The notes under the pieces: model-generated | The model's input: only the letters and a program-made list of their open reading frames with translations | The model's database searches: none | What the model was told of the DNA's origin: nothing | Shown: piece after piece, positions 55,791 through 64,000 of the stretch | Layout of the letters: every line of letters starts with the position of its first letter | Position numbering within the stretch: position 1 is the first letter of the stretch | DNA from: Actinomycetota bacterium | GTDB lineage: Bacteria; Actinomycetota; UBA4738; HRBIN12 | Direction of reading: 5' to 3' | Assembly: GCA_035288045.1 (NCBI GenBank) | Contig: DATEBA010000005.1 | Coordinates: forward strand, 23,146 to 87,145 | DNA length: 64,000 nt | Made by a program: the position numbers and the translations under genes

Positions 55791-56027
55791 ATGACCGTCG
55801 TGGACCAGGTGAACGTGCATGACGCGAAGACGCACCTCTCCAAGCTGCTGGCCCGCGTGGAGAGGGGGGAGGAGATCGTGCTGGCGCGCGCCGGTAAGCC
55901 TGTGGCCAAGCTCGTCCCTATCGCGCGTCTCGAGCGCCGTCCATCGGGTTTCGCGAAGGGAACCATCTGGATCTCCGACGACTTCGACGATCCTCTCCCC
56001 CCAGAGTTCTGGTTCGGAAGCGATTGA
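55791..56027 (+). CDS. vapB: Phd/YefM-family antitoxin
   Basis: VNVHDAKTHLSKLLARVERGEEIVLARAGKPVAKLVP...SDDFDDPLP. Confidence 0.92.
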   Translation: MTVVDQVNVHDAKTHLSKLLARVERGEEIVLARAGKPVAKLVPIARLERRPSGFAKGTIWISDDFDDPLPPEFWFGSD

Positions 56028-56410
56028 GGCTGCTCCTCGACACGCACGTCTTTCTCTGGTGGATCGGTGAGGACGACCAGCTGCCGCGCCCCATCTGGGA
56101 GGCGATCGGCGACCCTAACAACCAAGCGCTCCTCAGCGCGGCGGCCGCCTGGGAGATCGTCGTCAAGGCCGGCGGCGGCCGCCTCCGCCTGATGGAGCCG
56201 CCAGAGGAGCTCCTGCCTCGAGGGATCGACCGGGCGCGTCTGATCATGCTGCCTGTCGAGCTCCGTCACGTGCTGCGACTCGCGTCGCTGCCCCCGATCC
56301 ACGCGGACCCTTTCGATCGGATGCTCGTTGCGCAGGCGCTCGAGGACGGCCTCACGCTCGTCACCGGCGATCCCGTCGTGCAGTCCTACGGCGTTGACTT
56401 CATCTGGTAG
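56024..56410 (+). CDS. vapC: PIN-domain VapC toxin
   Basis: LLLDTHVFLW, SAAAAWEI, H.DPFDRML.AQA, LVTGD. Overlaps the antitoxin by 4 nt. Confidence 0.92.
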   Translation: MRLLLDTHVFLWWIGEDDQLPRPIWEAIGDPNNQALLSAAAAWEIVVKAGGGRLRLMEPPEELLPRGIDRARLIMLPVELRHVLRLASLPPIHADPFDRMLVAQALEDGLTLVTGDPVVQSYGVDFIW

Positions 56411-56422
56411 CTCCGCCTCGTT

Positions 56423-56452
56423 CTGAACAGTCGTTCAGTCCGAGGATATGCT
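56423..56452 (+). promoter_or_regulatory. Operator 16-mer and promoter of the acyl-CoA dehydrogenase gene
   Basis: Perfect-armed CTGAAC-AGTC-GTTCAG (56423-38). TATGCT (56447-52) lies 18 nt after the left arm. Confidence 0.65.
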
Positions 56453-56474
56453 GCGCGCACGGAGGTGGTCGCCC

Positions 56475-57647
56475 ATGTTCCCCATGACCGACGAGGACCG
56501 CGAGATCCAGGCCAGGACCCGCCGATTCGTGGACGAGGAGCTGATCCCACACGAGGTCGAGGCCGAGATGAACGACGGCGAGCTTCCTGTGGAGGTGGTC
56601 GAGGCCCAGAAGCGAAAGCTCCACGCCCTGGGTCTGCACGCGGTCAACATGCCGCGCGACCTCGGCGGCGCCGGGCTAACGACGTTCCAGCAGGTCCTGG
56701 TCTCCGAGCAGATCGGAAGGGTGACCAACGGCCTCGGTTGGGTGCTGCACACGGGTCCCGAGTGGGCGATCGAGGCCCTGAACGAGGACCAGATCGAGCG
56801 GTTCCTGAAGCCGATAGTCTCCGGCGAGCGAAGCGAGTGCTACGCGATCACCGAGGCCGGTGCCGGCTCCGACGTCGATGCGATCGAGGCGACGGCTCGC
56901 CGCGACGGCGACGAGTACGTGCTGAACGGCACGAAGTGGCACGTGACCTCGTACAACAGGGCCAATACCGTCTTCTTCCAGGCCAAGCTCGTCGGTGGCG
57001 AGCACGAGGGCTCGCACAGCCTGTTCGTGCTCGACACCCCCTGGGAGGGGGTATCCGTGGTCCGCGTGCCCGCCTACTCCCACACTTACTCGCACCACCA
57101 TCCGATCGTCGAGTTCAAGGACGTGCGCGTCCCCGTCGCCAACCGGATCGGGGAGGAGGGCGACGGCATGCAGTTCACGCAGGCCTGGTTCCGCTACGAG
57201 CGGCTGATGATCGCGGCGCGCTCGTGCGGCGCCGCCGAGCGGCTGATCGAGGAGGCCACAGCCTTCGCGAGGCGCCGGGTGCAGTTCGAGCGGCCGATCA
57301 TCGAGTTCCAGGCGATCGCCCACATGCTCGCTGATTCGCTGACCGAGCTTTGGGCCGCACGGCTCATGACCTACCGCACCGCGGAGGGGATCGACGAGGG
57401 ACTCGACGTCAAGATCCAGCACGCGCACTCCTCCATGGCCAAGGTGTATGCGAGCGAGATGGCCAATCGCGTCGCCGATCGCGCCGTGCAGATCTTCGGC
57501 GGCCGCGGATACATGCGCGAGAACGTCGCGGAGCGGTTCTACCGCGAGGTGCGGGTCGACCGGATCTGGGAAGGAACGTCGGAGATCCAGCGGAACATCA
57601 TCGCCGCGCAGCTGCAGAAGCGCGGCGTTCGAACGCTGGTCGGGTGA
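56475..57647 (+). CDS. Acyl-CoA dehydrogenase
   Basis: YAITEAGAGSD, LNGTKW, RRVQFERPI.EFQAI, AVQIFGGRGY, RIWEGTSEIQR. GGAGGT precedes the ATG. Confidence 0.92.
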   Translation: MFPMTDEDREIQARTRRFVDEELIPHEVEAEMNDGELPVEVVEAQKRKLHALGLHAVNMPRDLGGAGLTTFQQVLVSEQIGRVTNGLGWVLHTGPEWAIEALNEDQIERFLKPIVSGERSECYAITEAGAGSDVDAIEATARRDGDEYVLNGTKWHVTSYNRANTVFFQAKLVGGEHEGSHSLFVLDTPWEGVSVVRVPAYSHTYSHHHPIVEFKDVRVPVANRIGEEGDGMQFTQAWFRYERLMIAARSCGAAERLIEEATAFARRRVQFERPIIEFQAIAHMLADSLTELWAARLMTYRTAEGIDEGLDVKIQHAHSSMAKVYASEMANRVADRAVQIFGGRGYMRENVAERFYREVRVDRIWEGTSEIQRNIIAAQLQKRGVRTLVG

Positions 57648-57659
57648 GGCGGGAGCCGA

Positions 57660-58301
57660 TCAGCTCTTCGCGCCGGCGCCGAGCTCCTGGCGCGAGACCT
57701 CGAAGCCGATCTCCTTGGCGGCCATCTCCAGCACCGTCTGGCGCATGCGGTGCGGGGTGACCTCGCTGTCGTTCATCACGACCTGGATCGCCAGCCCGTC
57801 GATCAGCGCGCCGATGCGGAGCGCCAGCTCGTCGGCGTCGCCTTCGGGGAACTCTCCGTTCTTCTGGCCGGTTCGGATGATGTCGGCGATCGAGTCCCGC
57901 CAGCGCTTGTCGAGCGTCTCGCGGTCGCGGGCCATCTTCTCGTTGTGCAGGGCTCGGGTCCAGACCTCGATCCAAAGCGCCCACTCGTCGAGGCGTCCAT
58001 ACTCGGGCAGTAGGCCGGGCACCGACAGGTCGATCAGGCGCATCAGCTGTTCCTTGGCGCTCGGGATCCGCCGCACCTCGCGCGAGAGCCTCAGGTAGAA
58101 CTGGTCGTTCGCGAACGACAGCGCCTCAGAGAGCAACCGATCCTTGGACTCGAAGTAGTAGAGGATCAGCCCCGGCGAGACACCGGCCCGCTCGGCGATA
58201 TCGGAGATGCGGGTCTCGGCCAGCCCCCGGTCCGTTATGACCTGGGCGGCGGCATCGAGTATCTCCTGATGCCGATCCGGTTTCTGCCGTTGCGCGCCCA
58301 T
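57660..58301 (-). CDS. TetR-family regulator (BetI-like C-terminal domain)
   Basis: EILDAAAQVI.DRGLAETRISDIAERAGVSPGLILYYFESKD.LL, WIEVW, A..IGALIDGLAIQ. Confidence 0.9.
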   Translation of the reverse strand: MGAQRQKPDRHQEILDAAAQVITDRGLAETRISDIAERAGVSPGLILYYFESKDRLLSEALSFANDQFYLRLSREVRRIPSAKEQLMRLIDLSVPGLLPEYGRLDEWALWIEVWTRALHNEKMARDRETLDKRWRDSIADIIRTGQKNGEFPEGDADELALRIGALIDGLAIQVVMNDSEVTPHRMRQTVLEMAAKEIGFEVSRQELGAGAKS

Positions 58302-58427
58302 CCCTCTCCCGTCGACCTTGAATCTCATACAGGCCGGACCCCCGGTCCGGCCCCTCGGCGGTCCACCGCCGGAGTCACTTTACGCCGTCTACCTGCGGTG
58401 TCAAACGTCCGGCCCCCGGTCACCGAC

Positions 58428-58443
58428 TTGACTGGCTGTTCAG
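58428..58443. promoter_or_regulatory. Operator-like 16-mer upstream of the COG1233 flavoprotein
   Basis: TTGACTGGCTGTTCAG. Its left arm doubles as a TTGACT -35. Confidence 0.6.
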
Positions 58444-58512
58444 GAACAGAGATGATTTTCTCTCGGGCCCACCGGTCGGGGGTCACCAGGAGAAGGGGCC
58501 AGGAGGAAGGTC

Positions 58513-60138
58513 ATGGCGAACATCTACGACGCGATCGTGATCGGCGGCGGACACAACGGGCTCATCGCGTCCGCGTACCTCGCGCGTACCGGGCAACGCA
58601 CGGTGGTGCTCGAGGCGCGGAACAAGACGGGCGGCGCGGCGGACACCAGCGCTCCGTGGCCCGAGCACCCCGACTTCAACGTCACGACGTACTCCTACGT
58701 CATGAGCTTGATGCCGCCGACGATCATCCGGGACCTGAACCTCGAGCGGCATGGTTACAACGTCGTTCCGTTCGGCCCCTACTATCAGGCGTACCCCGAC
58801 GGGTCGTCGGTGAAGGTCTACGCCGACGACGCGGCCAAGAACCGCGAGTCGATCTCGAAGTTCTCCAAGAAGGATGCGGACGCGATCGGCGAGTGGGACG
58901 AGTGGCTCGCCGGCGTCGCCAAGATCATCGGACCACTTCTGATGAGCGTGCCGCCAAAGCTCGGCTCGATGGCCTTCGGCGATCTGCTCGACTCCGTGAA
59001 GGCGGCATGGAGGGTGCGCAGGCTCGGTGTACGGGGCGTCGGCGACGTGACTCGCCTGTTCACGATGAGCGTCGAGGAGCTCCTCGACCAGTGGTTCGAG
59101 TCGGATCAGGTGAAGGGAATGCTGACGGTGAACGGCGTGATCGGCACCTGGGCCGGTCCGGCGGAGCCCGGCACGGCCTACGTCATGCTCCACCACTCGA
59201 TCGGCGACGTGGGCGACGGTCACCTCGGGAGCTGGGGATTCCAGCGGGGCGGGATGGGCGCCGTCTCCGACGCCTGTCGCGGCGCCGCCGAGGAGCTCGG
59301 CGCCGAAATCCGGACGAACGCGCGCGTGACCAAGATCCTCATCCGCAACGGCCGCGCGGTGGGCGTCGCCCTCGAGACCGGTGAGGAGATCCGCGCGCCG
59401 ATCGTCGTCACGTGCACGCACCCCAAGATCGCGTTCCTCGACCAGATCGACCGCCACGAGCTCCCGGAGGACTTCGTCCGCGACATCGAGAACTGGAAGA
59501 CGCGCTCGGGCGTCGTGAAGGTGAACTGCGCGATCTCCAAGCTGCCGAGCTTCAAGGCGGACCCCGGTTCCGGGCTCCAGGACCACCACACTGGATCGGT
59601 GGAGCTCTGCTACTCGCCGGAGTACGCCGAGCGCGCTTTCCAGGACGCGCGCGAGGGCCGCGGGGCCGAGCACCCGTTTTCGGACGGCGTCATACCCACA
59701 ACGATGGATCCCTCGCTGATGCCCGAGGGCATCCACCAGTTCTCCATGTACACGCAGTGGGGGCCGCTGTCGTGGGCGGAGGAGCGTCACGACGAGGAGC
59801 TCGAGGCCTACGCGGACCGTGTGATCGACGAGTACGACGGCATCGCGCCGGGCTTCAAGGAGTCGATCATCGCCCGGCAGGTGCTCGGACCGTGGGACAT
59901 GCAGGAGGAGCTCGGGCTGATCGGAGGCAACATCTTCCACGGGGAGCTCACGCCTGACCAGCTCTTCCACATGCGCCCGTCGCCCGGGTACGCCGACTAC
60001 CGCACGCCGATCCGCGGCCTCTACCAGGCGAGCTCGGCAACACACGCGGGCGGCGGGGTGACCGGCATCCCGGCGCTCAACTGCTTCCGGCAGATCCAGA
60101 GGGATCAGAGGCGCGGGAAGCTGGGGTTGAAGAAGTAA
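58513..60138 (+). CDS. Phytoene-dehydrogenase-related FAD oxidoreductase (COG1233, PYROXD2-like)
   Basis: DAIVIGGGHNGL..SAYLA, GGAA, SYVMSL, GGMGAVS, KVN, GGNIFHG, GLYQ....THAGGGVTG.P..N. Confidence 0.87.
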   Translation: MANIYDAIVIGGGHNGLIASAYLARTGQRTVVLEARNKTGGAADTSAPWPEHPDFNVTTYSYVMSLMPPTIIRDLNLERHGYNVVPFGPYYQAYPDGSSVKVYADDAAKNRESISKFSKKDADAIGEWDEWLAGVAKIIGPLLMSVPPKLGSMAFGDLLDSVKAAWRVRRLGVRGVGDVTRLFTMSVEELLDQWFESDQVKGMLTVNGVIGTWAGPAEPGTAYVMLHHSIGDVGDGHLGSWGFQRGGMGAVSDACRGAAEELGAEIRTNARVTKILIRNGRAVGVALETGEEIRAPIVVTCTHPKIAFLDQIDRHELPEDFVRDIENWKTRSGVVKVNCAISKLPSFKADPGSGLQDHHTGSVELCYSPEYAERAFQDAREGRGAEHPFSDGVIPTTMDPSLMPEGIHQFSMYTQWGPLSWAEERHDEELEAYADRVIDEYDGIAPGFKESIIARQVLGPWDMQEELGLIGGNIFHGELTPDQLFHMRPSPGYADYRTPIRGLYQASSATHAGGGVTGIPALNCFRQIQRDQRRGKLGLKK

Positions 60139-60196
60139 CCTGAGCCGGTTGCGGACGGGGGAGCGAGCCTCGGGGGAGAAAGCGGCGCTCGAGCGC

Positions 60197-62257
60197 ATGC
60201 TCGAGGCGCGATCGGTCGCGGTGATCGGCGCCAGCGCCCGTGAGGGCTCGGTCGGGCATCAGACGATGGTCGAGCTGCTCGAGGGAGGGTTCGACGGCGC
60301 CGTCTACCCGGTGAACCCCAAGTACGACGAGCTGTTCGGGCACCGATGTTACGCCTCGATCGCGGACGTCCCCGAGCCGGCCGATCTGGCCGTCGTCTCG
60401 CTCGCGAACTCGTTGCTCGAGGACACGCTGAGGACATGCGTGGACGCGGACGTCGGCTCGGCGGTGATCTACGCGAGCGGGTACGAGGAGCCGAGCGATG
60501 GCGTTCCACCGCTCACGGAGCGGCTCGCCGAGATCGCACGCGACGCCGGCATGGCGGTGTGCGGCGGCAACTGCATGGGCTTCGTGAACGTCGAGCGGAG
60601 CCTACGAGCGACCGGCTGGTACGAGCCCAAGCCCCTCGAGCCGGGTGGGATCACGTTCATCTCGCATTCCGGCTCGGCCTTCGTGGCGCTGCTGCACAAC
60701 GACCGACATCTCCGGCTCAACCTGGCGATCTCCTCGGGGCAGGAGTTCGTGACGACAACGTCGGACTACATACGCTACGCGCTCGAGCGGGAGAGCACGA
60801 AGGCGATAGCGCTCTTCATCGAGGCCGTTCGCGACGTGGCCGGGTTCCGTGAGGCGTGCCGGACGGCTGCGGCCCGGGACGTCCCAGTGATCGCGCTCAA
60901 GGTCGGGCGCGAGGAGCTCACGCGCGAGATGGTGTCCGCGCACTCGGGCGCCCTGGCCGGTGAGGACGGCGCGTACGAGGCGCTGTTCGAGGCCGACGGG
61001 ATCCTCCGCGTGGAGTCGCTCGACGAGATGGGTGACGTCCTCGCGCTCTTCGTCGCCGGTCGCCGCGCCGGCCCGGGGGCCCTGGCGTCGATCCACGACT
61101 CCGGCGGCGAGCGGGCCATGATCGTCGACGCCGCCGCGGCGACCGGCGTGCCATTGGCGCGGGTCTCGAAGCCGACCTCCGATCGGATGGGCGAGCTCCT
61201 AGAGGAGGGGCTGCTCCCGGTGAACCCGCTTGACTTCTGGGGGACCGGCCGCGACGCGTTCGGCGTCATCACCGGGTGCGCGCGGGCCCTCGTCGAAGAC
61301 CCGGACGTGGCCGCCTTCGTGTTCACGGCCGACCTCACTCACGAGGACGATCCCATGCAGAGCTACGTCGGGATGTTCCTCGACGTCTGGCCCCAGACTG
61401 AGAAGCCGATGGCGATGCTGTCCAACTTCGCTAGCGGCATCGACCCGGAGAACCGGCGGGTGCTCGATGCGGCCGGCGCGCCTCTCCTCGAGGGCACCCT
61501 CACGGGCCTGGCCGCGTTCCGGCACCTGTTCGCGTACAGGGACCACCGCGCCCAGCCGCCGATCCAGGCGTCGCCGGGGGTACCGGGCCACGTCCGCGAC
61601 CGGTGGCGCGGGCGCCTGGAGTTGGGCTTGCCCCTCGACGAGCAAGAGGGGTTGCAGCTGCTGGCCGACTACGGGATCCGGACCGTGGAGGCCCGGGTCG
61701 TAAAGGGCTTCAGGGACGCGCTCGACGCGGCGATGGAGCTCGGTTGGCCGGTGGCGCTGAAGACCGCCGAGCGCGAGATCCAGCACAAGTCCGAGGTCGG
61801 CGGGGTGAAGCTTCACATCGGTGGGGCTCCGGCGCTGAAGGCCGCGTATGAGGAGATGGCCTCGCGGTTGGGCCCGCGGGTCACCGTTGCGAAGATGGCG
61901 CCGAAGGGCGTGGAACTGGCGTTCGGGATCGTCTGGGACCCGCAGCTCGGGCCGCTCGTCCTGGTGGCGGCGGGCGGCGTGCTTGTCGAGATCCTGCACG
62001 ACCGCCGCCTGGCGCTTCCCCCCCTGGACGAGTCGCGCGCGAGACGCATGGTGGACCGCCTGAAGGTCAGGCGTCTGCTCGACGGTGTGCGCGGCCAGCC
62101 GCCGGCCCACGTAGGGGCGGTGGTAGGCGCGCTGGTCTCGCTCTCGCGTCTCGCTGTCGATCTCGGAGAGCACATCGGGGCGCTGGACGCGAACCCGGTT
62201 ATCGCCACCCCGGAGGAGTGCCTCGCCGTCGACGCACTCGTGATCCCGCGCGGGTAG
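60197..62257 (+). CDS. ADP-forming acyl-CoA synthetase (fused alpha-beta), copy 2
   Basis: SVAVIGAS, YPVNPKY, GGNCMG, SHSGS, phospho-His AHSGALAG, VNPLD, HKSEVGGV, DANPVI. Confidence 0.9.
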   Translation: MLEARSVAVIGASAREGSVGHQTMVELLEGGFDGAVYPVNPKYDELFGHRCYASIADVPEPADLAVVSLANSLLEDTLRTCVDADVGSAVIYASGYEEPSDGVPPLTERLAEIARDAGMAVCGGNCMGFVNVERSLRATGWYEPKPLEPGGITFISHSGSAFVALLHNDRHLRLNLAISSGQEFVTTTSDYIRYALERESTKAIALFIEAVRDVAGFREACRTAAARDVPVIALKVGREELTREMVSAHSGALAGEDGAYEALFEADGILRVESLDEMGDVLALFVAGRRAGPGALASIHDSGGERAMIVDAAAATGVPLARVSKPTSDRMGELLEEGLLPVNPLDFWGTGRDAFGVITGCARALVEDPDVAAFVFTADLTHEDDPMQSYVGMFLDVWPQTEKPMAMLSNFASGIDPENRRVLDAAGAPLLEGTLTGLAAFRHLFAYRDHRAQPPIQASPGVPGHVRDRWRGRLELGLPLDEQEGLQLLADYGIRTVEARVVKGFRDALDAAMELGWPVALKTAEREIQHKSEVGGVKLHIGGAPALKAAYEEMASRLGPRVTVAKMAPKGVELAFGIVWDPQLGPLVLVAAGGVLVEILHDRRLALPPLDESRARRMVDRLKVRRLLDGVRGQPPAHVGAVVGALVSLSRLAVDLGEHIGALDANPVIATPEECLAVDALVIPRG

Positions 62258-62266
62258 ATCCGGGAG

Positions 62267-64000
62267 CTACGCGGCCACCGTCAGGTGGCGGCGGCCTGCC
62301 AGGAACGCCAGACCGTAGACTACGGCGACCACGATCAGAAGCGCGCGGTAGCCGGTCACGACCGCCGCATACTCGAGCGTGCCACCCACCATAGCGCCGA
62401 GAAGATTCGCGCCGAAAGCGGCCGCCGACGAGGCGGTGTTCTTGAATCTCTGCGCGAACACGAGGTTCGCGAGGAAGATGGGAGCGAACGCGAGCGCGGT
62501 CGCGGCGGCGAAGCGCGGAGCGAGGTCCAGCGCGAGCAACGTGCGCGAGGGCACCACGTAGGCGATCGCGACGGCCACGAGCAGCATCGCGTAGAGGACG
62601 GGCGGGCGGGGGAGGCGCACGCGGCGAGCAACCTCGATGGCACCGAGAACGGCCAGCAGGATGCCGGCGAACACGAGCGCGTTCACCACCCACGTGGTCC
62701 CGAACAGGAGCGCGAAGCCGACGACGTTCTTCGTCTCCAGGAGCAGGAAGGCCACGCCCATGAAGAACAGGTCGAGGTATCCGCGCAGATCGCGCAGGCG
62801 CCCGGCCTCCCGGCGCACGAGCACGACGGCCGCCGCGAGCATCAGGGCGAGCGAGACGAAGTAGAACGCCGGCAGCGACTTGCCCCGCAGGTACGGGAAC
62901 GGGTGGTCGTCGGTTGCCGGTTCGGGGATCGGCATCTCCGATGGCGTCCACGCGGTAGCGCAGTGGACGTTGCCCTCGCGCACGCCGGCCGTGATGACCG
63001 CCTGCGTCCGCGGCTCCAGCGTCTCGCCGAGATCGAAGCAGGGCGCCGTCCCGAACACCTCTTCGACCGTTCCGGCGAAGCGATCGAGGACGTCGGGACG
63101 GTAGTAGTTGTACATGGAGAAGACGCCGTCGCCCGAGAGGTGCTCCCGGACGGCCTCGATCGCTTCGCGTGTGAACAGGTAGCTCTCCAGGCGCAGCGAC
63201 CCCTGCCCCGATACGAGCGTGAGCGAGTCCGGGAGCGCGAACAGCACGAGGTCGAACCTCCGGTCGTCTCGCTCGAGGAACGCGCGCCCGTCGGTGACGT
63301 GCACCTCCACACGCGGGTCGCCGTACGGATCGTCGGGGTGGCGCTCGGAGCCGATCTCCTGCAACAGGGGATCGATCTCGACGGCGACCACGTGGTCGGC
63401 ACCGCGCGACAGGGCGACGGCGACGTCGTTCCCGGTCCCCGCGCCTACGATCAGGACGTCGCCGGGGTCTTCGCGGGTCAGCATCTCGTAGGGGAACAGG
63501 TAGAAGGGTTGCAGTGCAGGCAGTTCCGAGAGCGGAAGCATCGTCTGGTGCGGCCTTCCGTTCACTCGCACGGCGATGCTGCCAACATCTGAGGGGTCGC
63601 GGACCGTGACGCGGTAGTAGGGGGACCAGAGGTCCGAGGGAACCACAGACCCGATCGATAGCAGTGCGACGAGCGCGCCGGCGGCGAGCCTCTCGCGCCG
63701 GTCGCGGGCGAACAGCGCCAGGAACCCCAGGGCCATCGCTATCCCGAGAACCACCGGTCGAACGCCGAGAGCCGAGAGCGCCGTGAACGCGACCACACCC
63801 AGGATGCTCCCGAGGATGTCAGCCCGGTATGCCTCGAGCGGCGGAAGCAGGACGAACGTCCTCGCCACGCCCTCGGCGAGCAGAGCCATGACGAGCACCA
63901 CACCGAGGAACAGGACCGGCATCTCGATCCACCCGGGGAGCGCCGGGGCGCCGAACAGCCCTCCGAGCGCCTTCCCCGAGGAGGGATGCGCGATCGACAC
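62267..64000 (-). CDS. Membrane-embedded spermidine-synthase-like protein, 5'-truncated by the window edge
   Basis: WSPYYRV, VNGRPHQ, SAM-binding LIVGAGTGND, VEIDP, DGRAFL, FALPDS, PATDDHPFPY, FFMGVAFLLLETK, with transmembrane segments on both sides. Confidence 0.82.
   Translation of the reverse strand: MSIAHPSSGKALGGLFGAPALPGWIEMPVLFLGVVLVMALLAEGVARTFVLLPPLEAYRADILGSILGVVAFTALSALGVRPVVLGIAMALGFLALFARDRRERLAAGALVALLSIGSVVPSDLWSPYYRVTVRDPSDVGSIAVRVNGRPHQTMLPLSELPALQPFYLFPYEMLTREDPGDVLIVGAGTGNDVAVALSRGADHVVAVEIDPLLQEIGSERHPDDPYGDPRVEVHVTDGRAFLERDDRRFDLVLFALPDSLTLVSGQGSLRLESYLFTREAIEAVREHLSGDGVFSMYNYYRPDVLDRFAGTVEEVFGTAPCFDLGETLEPRTQAVITAGVREGNVHCATAWTPSEMPIPEPATDDHPFPYLRGKSLPAFYFVSLALMLAAAVVLVRREAGRLRDLRGYLDLFFMGVAFLLLETKNVVGFALLFGTTWVVNALVFAGILLAVLGAIEVARRVRLPRPPVLYAMLLVAVAIAYVVPSRTLLALDLAPRFAAATALAFAPIFLANLVFAQRFKNTASSAAAFGANLLGAMVGGTLEYAAVVTGYRALLIVVAVVYGLAFLAGRRHLTVAA

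Noticed and set aside
58318-58332. Fifth copy of the TetR operator (TTGAAT-CTC-ATACAG) next to the tetR start
   Set aside because: The spacer is one base short and the right arm is degenerate. It could be a weak autoregulatory site but was not counted.
58513-60138. Carotenoid phytoene desaturase (crtI)
   Set aside because: No crtB, crtE or crtY nearby, and the GGNIFHG and THAGGGVTG motifs fit the non-carotenoid COG1233 group.
1-64000. CRISPR arrays, tRNA/rRNA genes, IS elements, prophage
   Set aside because: I saw no regularly spaced repeats, cloverleaf or rRNA-like sequence, transposase/integrase motifs or phage genes, and almost all gaps are under 200 nt.

Overview
GC-rich, densely coding bacterial window. 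It is most likely from a deep-branching Actinomycetota genome (inference from an MMPL transporter, an F420-type LLM oxidoreductase, an actinobacterial-type KamA, DUF3054 and TANNNT promoters). I found no rRNA, tRNA, CRISPR array or transposase. The first ~28 kb is mixed housekeeping and signalling: a peptide ABC transporter tail, lysine 2,3-aminomutase, two paralogous PAS-GGDEF-EAL proteins, transketolase beside an amber-interrupted phosphoribulokinase, a DEAD-box helicase, a GAF kinase/LuxR pair, tdh-kbl and TetR-MMPL. From ~28 kb to the end is a large amine/methylamine catabolic island. It holds a split PotABCD-like transporter, aldehyde dehydrogenases, choline dehydrogenase, a DmdA-like THF-dependent methyltransferase, a dimethylglycine-dehydrogenase-like protein with ETF, an amidase, two ADP-forming acyl-CoA ligases, an acyl-CoA dehydrogenase, a crotonase and a COG1233/PYROXD2-like flavoprotein. 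Best leads: (1) a 16-bp palindrome at four promoters that ties the Pot-like transporter, the PYROXD2-like flavoprotein and the CoA enzymes into one predicted BetI-like TetR regulon; (2) an uncharacterised CBS + Pol-beta nucleotidyltransferase + two metallophosphoesterases + APC permease module wrapped around betA; (3) a DmdA-like enzyme at the position of the missing glycine-betaine demethylation step; (4) a PRK split by one in-frame TAG. All product calls come from motif recognition by eye. No database search was run.
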